From Adineta vaga (lineage: Eukaryota; Animalia; Rotifera): a stretch of DNA of 64,000 bases. This document shows, one piece after another, positions 1 to 13,203 of this stretch. Under the pieces are notes generated by a model. That model was not told where the DNA came from. It did not search any database and saw nothing but the letters and a program-made list of their open reading frames with translations. Position 1 is the stretch's first letter. Every line of letters starts with the position of its first letter. Location of the stretch: assembly GCA_021613535.1 (NCBI GenBank), contig CP075495.1, positions 12,834,001-12,898,000 on the forward strand, read 5' to 3'. The position numbers were made by a program, and so were the translations under genes.

Positions 1-198
1 TTCCTTTTCTCTATCTATTGTTTCTTTTTGACTTCTTCTGAGTAGAGAACGTGATATATCATCCTGTCAAATATACTCTATTACTTCCCTGATTAGTAAT
101 AATGTCATGAGAAAAGAATACTTGAAAAAAACTAAAAATCAATCGAAAAAAGCGCAAATTTGTGTATAAAATCTATCTTAAATGTTTCATCATTTCGT

Positions 199-660
199 AT
201 GTTCAATGCATCTAATCCAACATCTCGTGATAATTCGTTTGTTCAATCATCAACCTCAGTATCAATCGAATATTTCGATGATCAAGATCTCTCCGCATTA
301 CAATTTTGGATGCTCATAGGTACTTCTGACATCTTCTTTCAACGTTTTCATTTCAGTTGAACCTAATAGGAATTTTCGTATCTTTCTTAATTCTTATATT
401 AATTGTTCTAAGTATAATTATATATTATGAATTATTTATTGAAAATAAAAATGAATTAACCGAAGAACATGCAACACGATTGAGAGATTTCAAAGTAAAA
501 TAATATCCTATTGAAATAATATAACTTTGCTTGTCTTGATTTTCTAAAGGAAATGACTGGTCTTGAAATTGAATTAGAAGATATTCGATCCATTTTAATG
601 AATGAATTTATTTTAGAAGCATGGAAACGTGAAAAACATAGACAAGAAAGACATATTTAA
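199..660 (+). CDS. Small orphan single-pass membrane protein, about 118 aa, 3 exons (~199-319, 370-495, 550-660)
   Basis: Manual splicing through two GT-AG introns gives an uninterrupted frame: MFNASNPTSRDNS...LQFWMLI-GIFVSFLILILIVLSIIIYYELFIENKNELTEEHATRLRDFK-EMTGLEIELEDIRSILMNEFILEAWKREKHRQERHI*. It has an Asn/Ser-rich N-terminus with N-x-S sites, one hydrophobic helix and a charged tail. No family recognised. Confidence 0.6.
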
Positions 661-715
661 ATAATAACCGGAATAAGATATTCACTCAGTGGCTGGGTGT
701 TTCTTTTGTTGTCTA

Positions 716-1369
716 CTACCAAGACAAATATATAAACATAGAATATAAGATCAAGAAAACAAATGAACAAGATAATTTTGTACTCATCGATGACAGCCAT
801 TGATTATTGGTTTGATTCGATAGTTGTTTTTGTAATTTCATACTACGATATTGATAATTGTCATTTTTTGAATAACGTCGATAATATTTTTGTACATCGA
901 TAATTAATCGAAAATTTTTTGTACGACATAAACCATCGAATTTTTGATTAATACCTGTTTGTTGTCCATTTGATGTTGAAATAAAATAATACGAATGTCC
1001 ATCGAGAAATTCCGGCATATTTGGATATGGTAAATATTTTGAAATCGATAATGTATATATCATACGTTTCGAACTATGAGGTTGATCACAACGAATCAAT
1101 GGTTGATATTTTTCTGTAAAACATAAATTATAATCGATTTCTGAAACTAAATATAATGTATTATATTCAACGGATGATGAAGGATGATTTGAATGTGGAC
1201 AAAGAAAATCAATTGTATCACCAAGACGAACATTAAATACCGATGATTTAGATTGAAAGAATGTATTTGAAGAATTCCATTCAATTTGATAGTTTTGTCG
1301 ACGACGAATTTGACAAGATGATAGATGAACAATATTTAAGATGAAATAAATAACGATTAAATATAACAT
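716..1369 (-). CDS. Ephrin (GPI-anchored/A-type architecture), single coding exon
   Basis: Signal peptide, then ephrin-domain motifs WNSSN..F, V.LGD.IDFLCP, Y.LYLVS...Y..C, CDQP, PEF.DGHSYYFISTSNG and GLC. The C-terminal hydrophobic tail has no cytoplasmic domain, consistent with a GPI signal. Confidence 0.88.
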   Translation of the reverse strand: MLYLIVIYFILNIVHLSSCQIRRRQNYQIEWNSSNTFFQSKSSVFNVRLGDTIDFLCPHSNHPSSSVEYNTLYLVSEIDYNLCFTEKYQPLIRCDQPHSSKRMIYTLSISKYLPYPNMPEFLDGHSYYFISTSNGQQTGINQKFDGLCRTKNFRLIIDVQKYYRRYSKNDNYQYRSMKLQKQLSNQTNNQWLSSMSTKLSCSFVFLILYSMFIYLSW

Positions 1370-4148
1370 AATTTCTATAGAATAATTGTGAACTTCAGAA
1401 AAATAAGATGAATTTTTTTCTGAAATAATCCGATGTTCAATTCTATTTATCTATATATAGAGACGATGTGCTGAGATTACATAATCAATGACAAGCTGTG
1501 AGATTGTGACAAACATCATGTGCGTGTCTAATTTTTCTTTTTCGTATTGAACATTCCAAATTCTCTCTCTCGTTCTCTTTCTCTCTGTCTGATGACAAGC
1601 TATACATTCGAAGGTGATTTGTTGTCAAACGATGTTCATTAGTCAAGATTATACCGCTTCGATAAAATCGTAAAGAAACAAGACAAGAAGAAGAAAAATT
1701 AGATTCACACTTTTCGTTCAAGCATCTCTGATGATGAATGATGACAAGAGGTGATTTATATTCACTGATGATGATTCAATCTATGTTTACAGTTGAGAAA
1801 ATAGATAATGCCTAAAGGTATTTTGTCTTCGTATCATTGTTATTGTTGTTATTATTATTATTCTTCTTTTTCGTGAAGATAAACGTAGTGGTATGGATCA
1901 ACAACATTCTTTAATTGATTTTATGTACAGTTTTGTTTATCTATGAGAAATTATATTCACAGTTAAGGTTCATTTGATTCATTCGGTGATGTGTCATTGA
2001 TTTTTCAAATGACTTAAAGGTGTTATTTGTCTGCATTTATTAACATATACACACAAGTTATAAACTGTGTGACTTACAAAATTCTATGTTGATTGACAAG
2101 AATTGAAGATAAACTGAATTAATAATGTTAGTTTAGAGTTTGTATTTATATCTTTTCTTTTCTTTTTTTTTATTACTTCAAACAAGAAATTATCAGTAAG
2201 TAGGTTCGCTGTTCCTATCTATATCTTGCTTTTATCAAGTTGATAATCGGAATTTACTGACATTGTGTCTGTCTACCAGTTAAGTATAGAAGAAAAAAAG
2301 GAAGAAAAAGAAAAAACGACAAAAGTAAAGAAGATGACATTAAAACGAATGGAAAAGAAACTTTGTTTCATTTTTCTATAATCGAATATAGAAGATATTG
2401 TTTTATGATGTATCAAATCTCAAAGGTCTTCTCATCGATTACCGATTGAACAACAGCAATGTCCATGACTTTATTCTTTTCAACTATTTACTTGTTCTTT
2501 TTGCTTGATTAATATAAGAAAGCAAAAAAGAAGGCAAACTACTTATCAGCTTGAACGAACACAACAATAATATTTGATGTCCTTCATCTGATATATATAT
2601 ATATATATATACATAAAGAGATGTAGACGGACAAACGTTCAAACAATCGGTCAGAAAGAAGCTCAACAATGGTATGCATGCAAACTCGATCTCTCTTTAA
2701 CAACGGTCGAAGAAATGAACTAGTCGTATGTCTATATGTTGTTTTTACTTTTTTCTTGATGCTCTTGACTTTATGTAAAGATGGTCAGTAGTTGACAACA
2801 TGATAGACAATAGAACGAACAGCGACAATATTAAAGAAATGAAAACTACCGATCACCATTTCATTCGTGAGTCGATAACAATACAACGGTTAAATATACA
2901 GTCAGACATGTTGTTATAACTTCATATTTAGATCGTTTAGTCTCTTGAGAAAGAAAGAAAGAATGAATGAATGAAAATTAATATGATTATATGACACCAG
3001 CATAAGAGCGAAAATGTCTTACTTCTTCATAATCGTTCTAGTAGCCTTTTAGATTGAACAGCTTATGTTATCTATATCTACATATTTTCATCTTTAGGGA
3101 AAAAAGAAAAATTAACTATCATCATATTCCATTTTTTTGGCATTCTAATTAGTATAGAAGCACCGACTCGTGCAAGATATATATATATATATACAAACAT
3201 ACACATATAATACGTTCTCGTTGATATGTTTGTTCTTTCTTTCACTTACTCACTCATTGACTCGTTTCTCTCCTTCGTCTATGTTCTTGCATGTAGTACA
3301 AGCAACAACTAACTGCTGCATGTCTGTCAAAGCTAAACTTGTCCCGACTAATCGAAATATCGTCTGTGATAGATGTATGTATGTATGTATGTTGACCGAC
3401 CCACCACCATCATCATTGAATGACTGACGTTATTTGGAATTATAAGAAAGAAAGAGCGAATTAACCTAACTAATCATTGTCTGATATTATAGAAAATGTG
3501 TGGATTGATCATTTGCTTCATCTCTCTTTTCTTATTATATATATATATACAGATATCGGAAACGATCTGTCTCTGCTCTAGTTCTTCTCTCATTTGTTGT
3601 GTAAGCAAAGACGGAGAGCAAAGAATTCTGTGCGTGCATGTCTCTCTCTCCCTCTTCCCTCCTTTTATCTATCACTTGTGTGCATACATATATATATATA
3701 CAACGAGCATCTAAAACAGGTAATCGATAATGTTGTAGAACGATGATGGTGACGACATATCTAAGCAGCACTTCCTAATGAGAGCATTTTTTGTTAGATC
3801 TTCTTTTTTTCTCTTTCAAACAATTACATAATCTTATGAAGATTTTCTATTGCTTTGTACGTGCTTGTATGTCTGTGAACGAAAAAAAAATACGTTTTTG
3901 TGATGGTAGTATGCTTTGACAAGTGGGTGGAGTACAAAAAAAGATGGAGAAGAACAAAGTTTCAGTATGTTTATTCAATCATTCCTTGAGCTGACCGATG
4001 AACAATTTACATACACACCAATACACTTGCACAATCGTCATTTGATGTCAAATGACAGGAGAAAAAAATGATCTTCAAAAGGATTAGTTATTCGATTTAG
4101 AAGTTTCTTTTTTCTTTTCTTTTTAGATTTGAATGTGTTCATTAGATA

Positions 4149-7100
4149 ATGTGGAGATTTTATCAACGATGTCTTCTTTGCTTATGGAGTCTTTTATTTC
4201 AAAACAATATCGTTCAAACGTCATATATTCGTCATCTTACTTTACCTAATCAAATCAATCATCTAACGTATTCTTCTTCTTTAAAATGGCTCTATGTAGC
4301 ATCCGTTGATTCACTTGCTATCTATGATAATAATTTAACACTATTACAAAATATTTCTTCACAAAATTCGTATTCAAATGATTATGAATTATGTAAAATG
4401 AATCCCTGTCAATGTTTACATAATTCATTGAATAATAATAGTAATGATGATTTAATCGCAGACAGAAATCGTCGTTCAAAATTTTCACGATCAATAGATT
4501 CATCAAATCGTATTGATTCAAATAATTATAATCTTATACTCTATCTCGAACATGAGAATAAACTAGACAATAAACCATATTTAATTGATTGTTGGTCACT
4601 TCAATCAGGTTCATGTATTATTCGAAATGCATTAAATCTATCAGATATTTATTATTCGCAAACAACATTAGATGCTGATCAAAATCCATCGCAAAAATTT
4701 TTATTTAATACTGATTTAACGATTCCCAATCATATAATTCCGTTTCATTTAAAATTAAACAAATGTAATAATACACCAATCTATTTATTCTTATCATCAA
4801 CATTAAAAAAGAATTTTGTTATGATGAATAATAAAGAAAAAATAGATAATTTAACTGAACATTTCTATCTTCAATGCCTTGAACAATCACAAGGACGTAC
4901 CATTGCGTTAAGAGCATTTGTCTTCAATAATGGAATGAAAAAAACTCCACACTATGTAAACAAACAATTGATTTTAACGGACATGTCATCACAAAATGTT
5001 ACTATTGTTCAAGATTCAATTATAAAACGACAAGTTCTTAATAATACGAACTCCATCAATGTAACAAGGTCATCTTCACTTGACAATAGTACACATTTAA
5101 TATCAAGTAGAAGTATTTCTCAATTCTCATCAACTTTACCTACGATTTCTGACGATCATGTAACAAATCAAAACTATAATAAGACGTCATCATCAAATCG
5201 TCTAGTCGACAGACAAAATCCATTTTTAAACATTAATGATTATTGTCCGGAACAATTATCTGTTGTACGTTCAATTTATACAGATTTTTTTGAACGTGAA
5301 TCACCAGATAAATTTCGATTATTTCAAGATGTTATTTATGATAAAAAAGATTCTGCTATCTATGTTTTTACGAATCAACAATATGTTAGTAAAGTTGTTC
5401 GTCTATGTGAAGGACAAATTTCATTTCGACATTATGTTGAATTACAAATCAATTGTGGAATTGATTATACACTTATACAAAAAGTGAAATTAATTCAAAT
5501 GAAAAATAATAAACAATATTTATTAACTATAGCATCAAAACCTAAAACATTGAATAGTCTCGAACCATCTATGAATAGTCATTCAGCAATATGTCTATAT
5601 GATTTTGATCAAATAAGAAATGCATTTATTAATAATATACTCGATTTAGCAAAAGGAAATGTTTCACTTGGTATGGCTTGGTTACATGGAGAATCAGTTA
5701 TTGTAAGTAGAGAAGAAAGTTCTGGGAAAATCATTTATCTATTAGAATTAATTCGTATAGCCACAATATCCGACACCATATGGAAATCTTGCTCGATGTT
5801 CAACAACACGTGATGCAAGTTATCTAATGATTTTCGAAGGTCCAACAAATATTATTTCAGAACCAGTGATTACTTTCCTATCTGATCAATTAACTGCTCT
5901 CGAAGCAGCTGTCATCAATAACTATATTGTTGTTTTAACTGGTACGGCTGATGGAAAAATCAAAAAGGTAAATGATATCCAGAAGAATTTTTATACAAGA
6001 AAACAAAACAGTGTTTTTAAATGATTTTATTAGATTAGTATTCAACCAACGACGAAAAAAACTCATCAATTTGAAGAAATTTTTGTTGATTTTAATCATT
6101 CAATTCTTCGTGATATGAAATTAGATGAGAATAATCGATTTTTATATGGAGCAACAAAAACTCGAGTAACGCAAAGAGATTTGTTTATTTATTTGACATT
6201 GTTTTCATTTTAAATTTTAATAGCTCTTTCAAGTTGATCTTCATGATTGTGATCGACATAAAACATGTTTATCATGTCTTTCAATGCAAAATCCATTTTG
6301 TGGATGGAGTACAACATTAAATCGGTAAAATTGATCTCCATAACTCAATTCTAATTGTTTTCTTTTGTTCTTTTTTATTCAGTTGTACCATTCATACAAA
6401 TGAAATTAGTAGTACACAACGTTTTAGTTGGTTACAAATGAATGATAATTGTCCAAATATTGTAGAAATTATACCAGCATTTGTTTCAAATGCAAAGTCA
6501 AGCAAAGTAAAATATCTTTTTTTGCTATGGATTGTATTCATTTTCTGAAAGTTTTTAGTTACGTTTAAAAGTCGATAGTGTCCCTGATGATCCGTCATCA
6601 AGATATTCATGTTCATTTGGTATATCTTCACTATTAAGAGAAGTAGAAGAACATGATAATGACAAACCAATTTATATATCCAATGCAATTAAATATGATA
6701 ATTATATTGAATGTTTTTCACCTCCAGCTGAAACATTATCTAATATAAGTCATGGTATAAAGCATTGATTTCATTCTTCATATATATCCTTTTCGAATAG
6801 AAACAAATGCTTTTAAAGAAATATGATACCTCGAGAGATACGATAGTCTCGTCTGTATTAATTTATCAACCATCATCATACTTTATCTAATGTAGTATTT
6901 AGGCATTTCTGTAACATAATAGACAAGTTCACCCACAGTGATTATCTTGTTATGTATCGATTGAAATTAGATAATAGAAAAGTGTTATATTTATAAATAT
7001 TGAATGTCTAGACAAACTCATGTAGTTCTGCACAGTATGTCGAGAGAATATACTATTATTCCTGTCATTCTCGATGGATATCAATGATTTTATAATCTTT

Positions 7101-10100
7101 TTTTTTTCTTATGATTTAGATTCTCTTATCATTCGTCTATTTTATAATGATATTATTTTAACGGAAAAAAATGTGACTTTCTATGATTGTTCATTATATT
7201 TAACGTAAATATTTCTCTTTTTTTATACGTAGAGATTTTCTTTAGATAAAATTTCATTCTAGTTGTACATCATGTGTGAACAATTCATTCGACTGTACAT
7301 GGAATTTAATAGAAGCGAAATGTATGGATAATAATATAATTGTTAATAAGAATGACACTCTAATTAGTAACTTTTCAACTTATCAATGTCCACGATATAA
7401 TGTTTCAAAATATGAAATATTCATTGCTGATGGTGATGAATTTATACTTGGTAATAAAGATCGAGTCATTATTCAAACAATGGCATTAAAATATCGGATT
7501 CAAAAATATTTTCGTTGCGTATTAATATTGAACAATGGTAGTCTTGTGTTAACGGTTGGAAAGATTCAAAATGATTCATTAATATGTGAACCATTTCGGG
7601 TATAGTCTTTAACAAGAATTATTAGAATTAAGTGTTCTCTTTTGTTTTTGTCATATAGGTTTTTTATGATAAAGATATGGGTCAACAAAATTTATTGTTT
7701 GAAATTCAATGGGCTGAGTGTGACAATGATGAATGTACGTTTAAAAAATTAGAAACATCAACAAACTTTACAGGTAACAAGTCGATCAAATGAATCGTTT
7801 GGTTCTATTATCTTTCATTTAATATAGTAAATATCTATAAATGTAAATATTTGGCTGATTCATGTGGTTCATGTATATTACTTCATGATGATTATCGTTG
7901 TCTATGGTGTGAAACCGATAAATCTTGTCGACACGAAATCAATTCATCGATGTGTGAATCGAAACATATCATTAGTTCATCAATGGGTGTTTGTCCAGAT
8001 CCACGTTTAACACAAATACATCCACTCATAGGTCCACAATATGGTCGAACACCCATTCAAATATATGGCTCAAGTTTAGGAAAAAAACCACAGGATATAT
8101 CTGTTGTTCTTATCCATTCAAATCAAACGGAATATCAATGTGAAATTCAAAATGATTCGTTTATCGTTGCACAATCTTTTGTATGTCAACCATCATCTTT
8201 ATCCATTGGAATATATACAATTAAAGTTACTGTACATTCAGTTGTTAGTAAAGATCGACCACTTTTTCATATTGTGGTAAGAAGACTTTAGATTTGAAGA
8301 AGAAAAAAGATGAGTTGTTCTTTTATTGTCTTTCTTTGTTTAAATAGAAACCAATAATTAATGATATTTATCCAAATATTGGTCCTCGATCAGGTGGTAC
8401 ACTACTTTCAGTGAAAGGAAAACATTTAAGTATTGGAAATAGAATCAATATATTTGTTGGACATCAACCATGTATTCTTATGGAAAATGAAGAAACACTG
8501 ACGACGAGTACATTAATAGATAATGAAAATAATCCTTTATTCGTTCCATCAACATCGATCTTGGAAACAAATGATGAAAATGACGAAGAAATTATCAAAT
8601 GTCGAACATCGAAATTAATAGATATGAATGACGAGAATCTAAATCGACAACAAAGATTTGTTAAACGACATGCATTATGGATTGGTACGATTACAATTTT
8701 AATTGATAATTTTACAGAAACATATTCGAATATTACTTATTCCTATACAGAAGTAAGAGATCGTTGTTGATAGTTTGATGAATTTATATCGTTCTATTTA
8801 CAGTAAACCATCACATTCATATTTTTAGGATCCATATGTGAATAATTTAAGTCGATATTCTGGTATTCAAAGTGGTGGTTTACCTTTTCTTGTTCATGGA
8901 ATTAATTTCGATTCTATTCAAATACCACAATTCTTTGTTGAATCAAATCAAAAACAAATATTTCTGGAGGTATGTCAATGTTTTGATCAATTATCAATGT
9001 AATTCTACATCGAAAACTTCTCTTTAGCCTTGTACAGTAAAAACATCGGAAACTTTGCTTTGTTTTGGTCCATCATTTGGGTGGCTAGGAAATGAAACAA
9101 ATCCAACTATATCATCTTCGGTTGACTCAACAACATCAACCATTCCTTCTCTCTTAAATCCTCAATCATTTTCATATAATCATTGTCTAGAATTTAAATT
9201 TGGTTTCTTTATGGATGATGTCGAATTAGTTCGAAATATATCAACATATCGTGAAATTTTCTTACTTTGTCCAGATCCAATTATATATCCATTTAATAAT
9301 GATGGAAAACGTATTCAATATCGTTATGATTATTTAACTATTGAAGGTTCAAATCTGTTGGATGTTGCGACAATACATGATTATTCCATAACAATTGGTT
9401 CATTTCCATGTAATATAACATCAATATCAGATAAACAAATTGTATGTCAACCAACAAATCGTACGATCGAAAAATTAATTCGAAAGAAACGCATGATATT
9501 GAATATCAATACGAAAGATAATGAACAAGCCATTGTACGAGTAAGTATTCAATTTTGAATCCTAAGTGAAATTTAACTGTCTGTTAATGATCTCTTGAAA
9601 TTTATTAGGTAACATTAGGTCGTCGAATTTATACATTAGGTATATTAACATATATATCCAATATGGAAAAACGTTCATTAGTTCTGTATTATATCATTGC
9701 CAGTGTTTGTGGATTTCTTTTAACGGTATTTATTATAATTGTATCGATTATTTTTCGACGAATCAATACTAAACGTACGCGACAATTGAATCGTCTACAA
9801 AATCAAATCGATACACTTGAAATGCGTGTTGCACGTGAATGCAAAGAAGGTTTGTTTCTTCATTACTTAATTCTCAAGAAACATAAATAATTAAAATTAT
9901 CCTTTGATTTTTTTTTGTCATAGCTTTTGCTGAACTTCAAACAGATATTGGAGAAATAACAAATGATTTATCCCATTCAGGTGTACCGTATCATGATTAT
10001 CGTACATTTTGTATGAAAGTATTATTTCCCAATGCGACTGAGGAAGATAAATATATGATGCTTCATAACATTGAAATACCCGTAAGAAATAATTGACAAA

Positions 10101-12543
10101 TAATTTCTTGATTTTATAGAATATGTCATAATATTGTAGCTTGAAACGAATCGACGAAATAGTGTTCGGCAAGGTCTTCATCTTCTGGCTCAATCTTTAT
10201 ATAATCGTCATTTTCTTCTATTAATCATTCGAACATTAGAAACAGATAAAATCAATTTTCGTTTACAAGATCGTATGCAATTTGCATCTTTGATCAGTAT
10301 TCTTCTTCAAGATAATATTGAATATTTTACGGAGTATGTTTTAATTTCAAAGAAAACAAAAACACATTTATTTTGACACATTGATAAACTTTACTTTTAG
10401 AATACTGAAAACATTATTGAAAGAATTGATTGATAAATCCTTACAACAAGATCGAAATAATAGTAAAATTTTATTGAGAAGTAATGCATCAATAGCAGAG
10501 AAAATGCTTTCAAATTGGTTTGCTTTTCTCCTTTTTGGTTACGTTAAAGTAAAATATGATAATAATTTCGAATAGAAAAAAGTAGAATTCTCTATGTTAT
10601 AGGAACGTCTTGGTTCACCTTTGTACATATTATTTCAATCAATTAAGCAACAAATTCAAAAAGGTCCTATCGATTGTTTCACAAGTGAATCAAGATATTC
10701 GTTGAGTGAAGATAAACTTCTTCGACAACATATTGATTATTCATCCATGGTGAGAATTATTTTGATATATGAAATCAATGAATTAATATTTCGTTGTAGA
10801 TTATATATGTTGTTCAAACTGAAGATGGTAAATCTCATCTTATTTCAACACCGGTGCCAATAAAAGTGCTTAGTTGTGATTCAATAACACAGGTGAAAGA
10901 GAAAATAGTCGATCATTTTTATAAGAATATTCCCTTTTCAAAACGTCCACCAATTGAAGATTTTGATTTGGGTATGTACGAAAAAGAAAATACATTGACC
11001 GATAAACTAATCACTGTGTTATAGAATGGAGAAGTGGATCACGTATGAAATTACTACGTGATGATGATAGAATTGATAATCCTGATTCGAATGGTTTTAT
11101 TCAACTACAAACATTAGCGTCCTACAAAGTAGAAAATAATAGAAGTTGAATTTAATTGAAATTGAATCGTTTCTTTTAGGTTCATGATGGTGCTCGATTA
11201 TTTCTAAGTTTAAAATCTGGTACAAATTATACAAACACTTCATCATTAACAAATTCTCAAATAAATTCATCAGGGATAACAAACGGTTTAACTAGTTGTT
11301 ATCCAACGAATAATTCGTGTTGTATCAAAACTACCGATGCCGATCATAGTTGGCAATCACTACAAGGACATGGTAATACAATTGTGATGTTCGTTCTCAA
11401 ATGATTATTATGTTTTTTTTTCTTTATAGAAAATCAAATATTGTTGAATTCTTCCAGAGAATTGTTAACTTTACGAAAAGAGCATCGTCTAAGTAGTACA
11501 ATCCAATCGCAGCAATCATTCTCACATTCTCGACTAGAACCAAATACACGTTTTTATCATTTAGTAAGTTCATGTTCGTTTTCGAAGATCGCTTTGCTTT
11601 GAGAAGTGTCTCTTTACTTTTTTTAGGTAAAACCAACAGATCGAGAAGATGATGATCGAACATTAGTAACAAACAATCTTGTTTCTGAAGTTTATTTAAC
11701 ACGTTTATTAGCAACGAAAGGTTCATTACAGCAATATATTGATAAATTTTTCGATACTATCTTTTGTTTGGTTGATTTACCATTACCAATCAAATATTTT
11801 TTTGATTTTCTTGATGAACAAGCAGAATATCATCAAATATCCGATGCAAATATTACACATACATGGAAGAGTAACAGGTTTGATTAAAAAAAAAGTAATA
11901 ATCATCTTTTTCACATATATTTCTTTTAGTTTACCTTTACGATTCTTTGTAAATATAATTAAAAATCCTGATTTCATATTTGATATACAAAAAACGAATG
12001 TTATTGATGCATCTTTATCAGTTATTGCACAAATGTTTATGGATAGCTGTGCTGCTGGTAGTCATCAATTAACAAAAGATTCACCATCATCGAAACTTTT
12101 ATTCTATCGTGATGTACAAAAATATAAGATATTAGTTGAAAAGTAAGTACAGACATTGAATATTTTCAACATATTATTCTATTTAATCAAATATTTTCCA
12201 GATATTATACTGCTATTTCTTCTTCCTCTCCATCTGTATCTATGAATGATCTTGATCGAATTACGACATCGTTAAAAGAACAAGATCAACAAGTAAAGTT
12301 GAAATACATAATATAGAAATGAATATTTGTTTTTAAATCTCTTTATAGAATTTATCTCATCGACGAACGAATGAATTTAATCGATCATATGCTTTATTTA
12401 AATTATACAATGAATTTATTAGTCCTTATAAGAATAGTTTACGCATAGCAATGACAAATGACTTGCATAGCAAACAGTACCGAATGACAACATTATTTGA
12501 ACAAATTGTTAATCATATGGATAGTTTTGAGCTTGATATTTAA
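4149..12543 (+). CDS. Plexin: sema, PSI and IPT domains, TM helix, split GAP domain with RBD; multi-exon
   Basis: Sema motifs (SKVVRLC...[17 protein letters not shown]), PSI repeats ([14 protein letters not shown]; SCGSC...RCLWC), IPT motifs (P..GP..G.T.I.I.G..LG), [25 protein letters not shown], juxtamembrane [18 protein letters not shown], and cytoplasmic [65 protein letters not shown]. Confidence 0.95.
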
Positions 12544-13203
12544 GATGTTTGTTTTGTTTTTCTTTGTTTGATCAACACAACATTTTTATGTTAATTATAG
12601 GAGATCAAAACTATGATCTTCAAAAATAACTATCTTTGTTTGATAATAAATTTGAAGGAAAAAGCATTTCTATTCGAAGATCCTTAATACTGATAGAATT
12701 CGCAATATGGAAAATGAGTTACAATGCATTACAATACATTTTCTATTGTTCGATTAGTATCTAACAAGGATGTAAGAAGGAACAACACATTTGTACAGAG
12801 AATATCGTTTGAAAAGATCTAGACTATGGAAATTTGAATAGAATACTGATTGTTTTCCTTTCATATGAAAGTATTATCGTACAGAAACTAATTTGTAAAT
12901 CACTATATAGACTTTCAATTATGAAGTAAAGAATTCAAAAGGTTACTTAATCATAAGTACTATCGAAACATTTAAGAAGCATAGTTTTCAACGTTGAATT
13001 TAGATTAACAGAACTCGATTGATATGATGATTAATGTATTTTTAGTAGTTTCTGTTTAATGAAGATAAAAGCGAAGCATTCCTTTGTTGTAAAAAAAAAC
13101 AAGACAGTATTATAAATTAATTTTGTTGATCGTTATATAAAAGCAATAGTAATCATCACAGCTACGCACACACTACGTAGTTCAGCAATAGGTTATCACA
13201 TAT

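Noticed and set aside
1485-3771. Several 60-85 aa ORFs between ephrin and plexin, and similar ones at 36700-39500, 44900-46800 and 54770-58020
   Set aside because: They are translations of (TA)n/(GA)n/poly-T noncoding DNA, often with non-ATG starts, with no motifs and no consistent splice structure.
6755-7119. Enlarged plexin intron with weak inverted similarity (GATACCTCGAGA near 6825 versus TCTCGATGGATATC near 7069)
   Set aside because: The match is too short and gapped to call a MITE without genome copy data.
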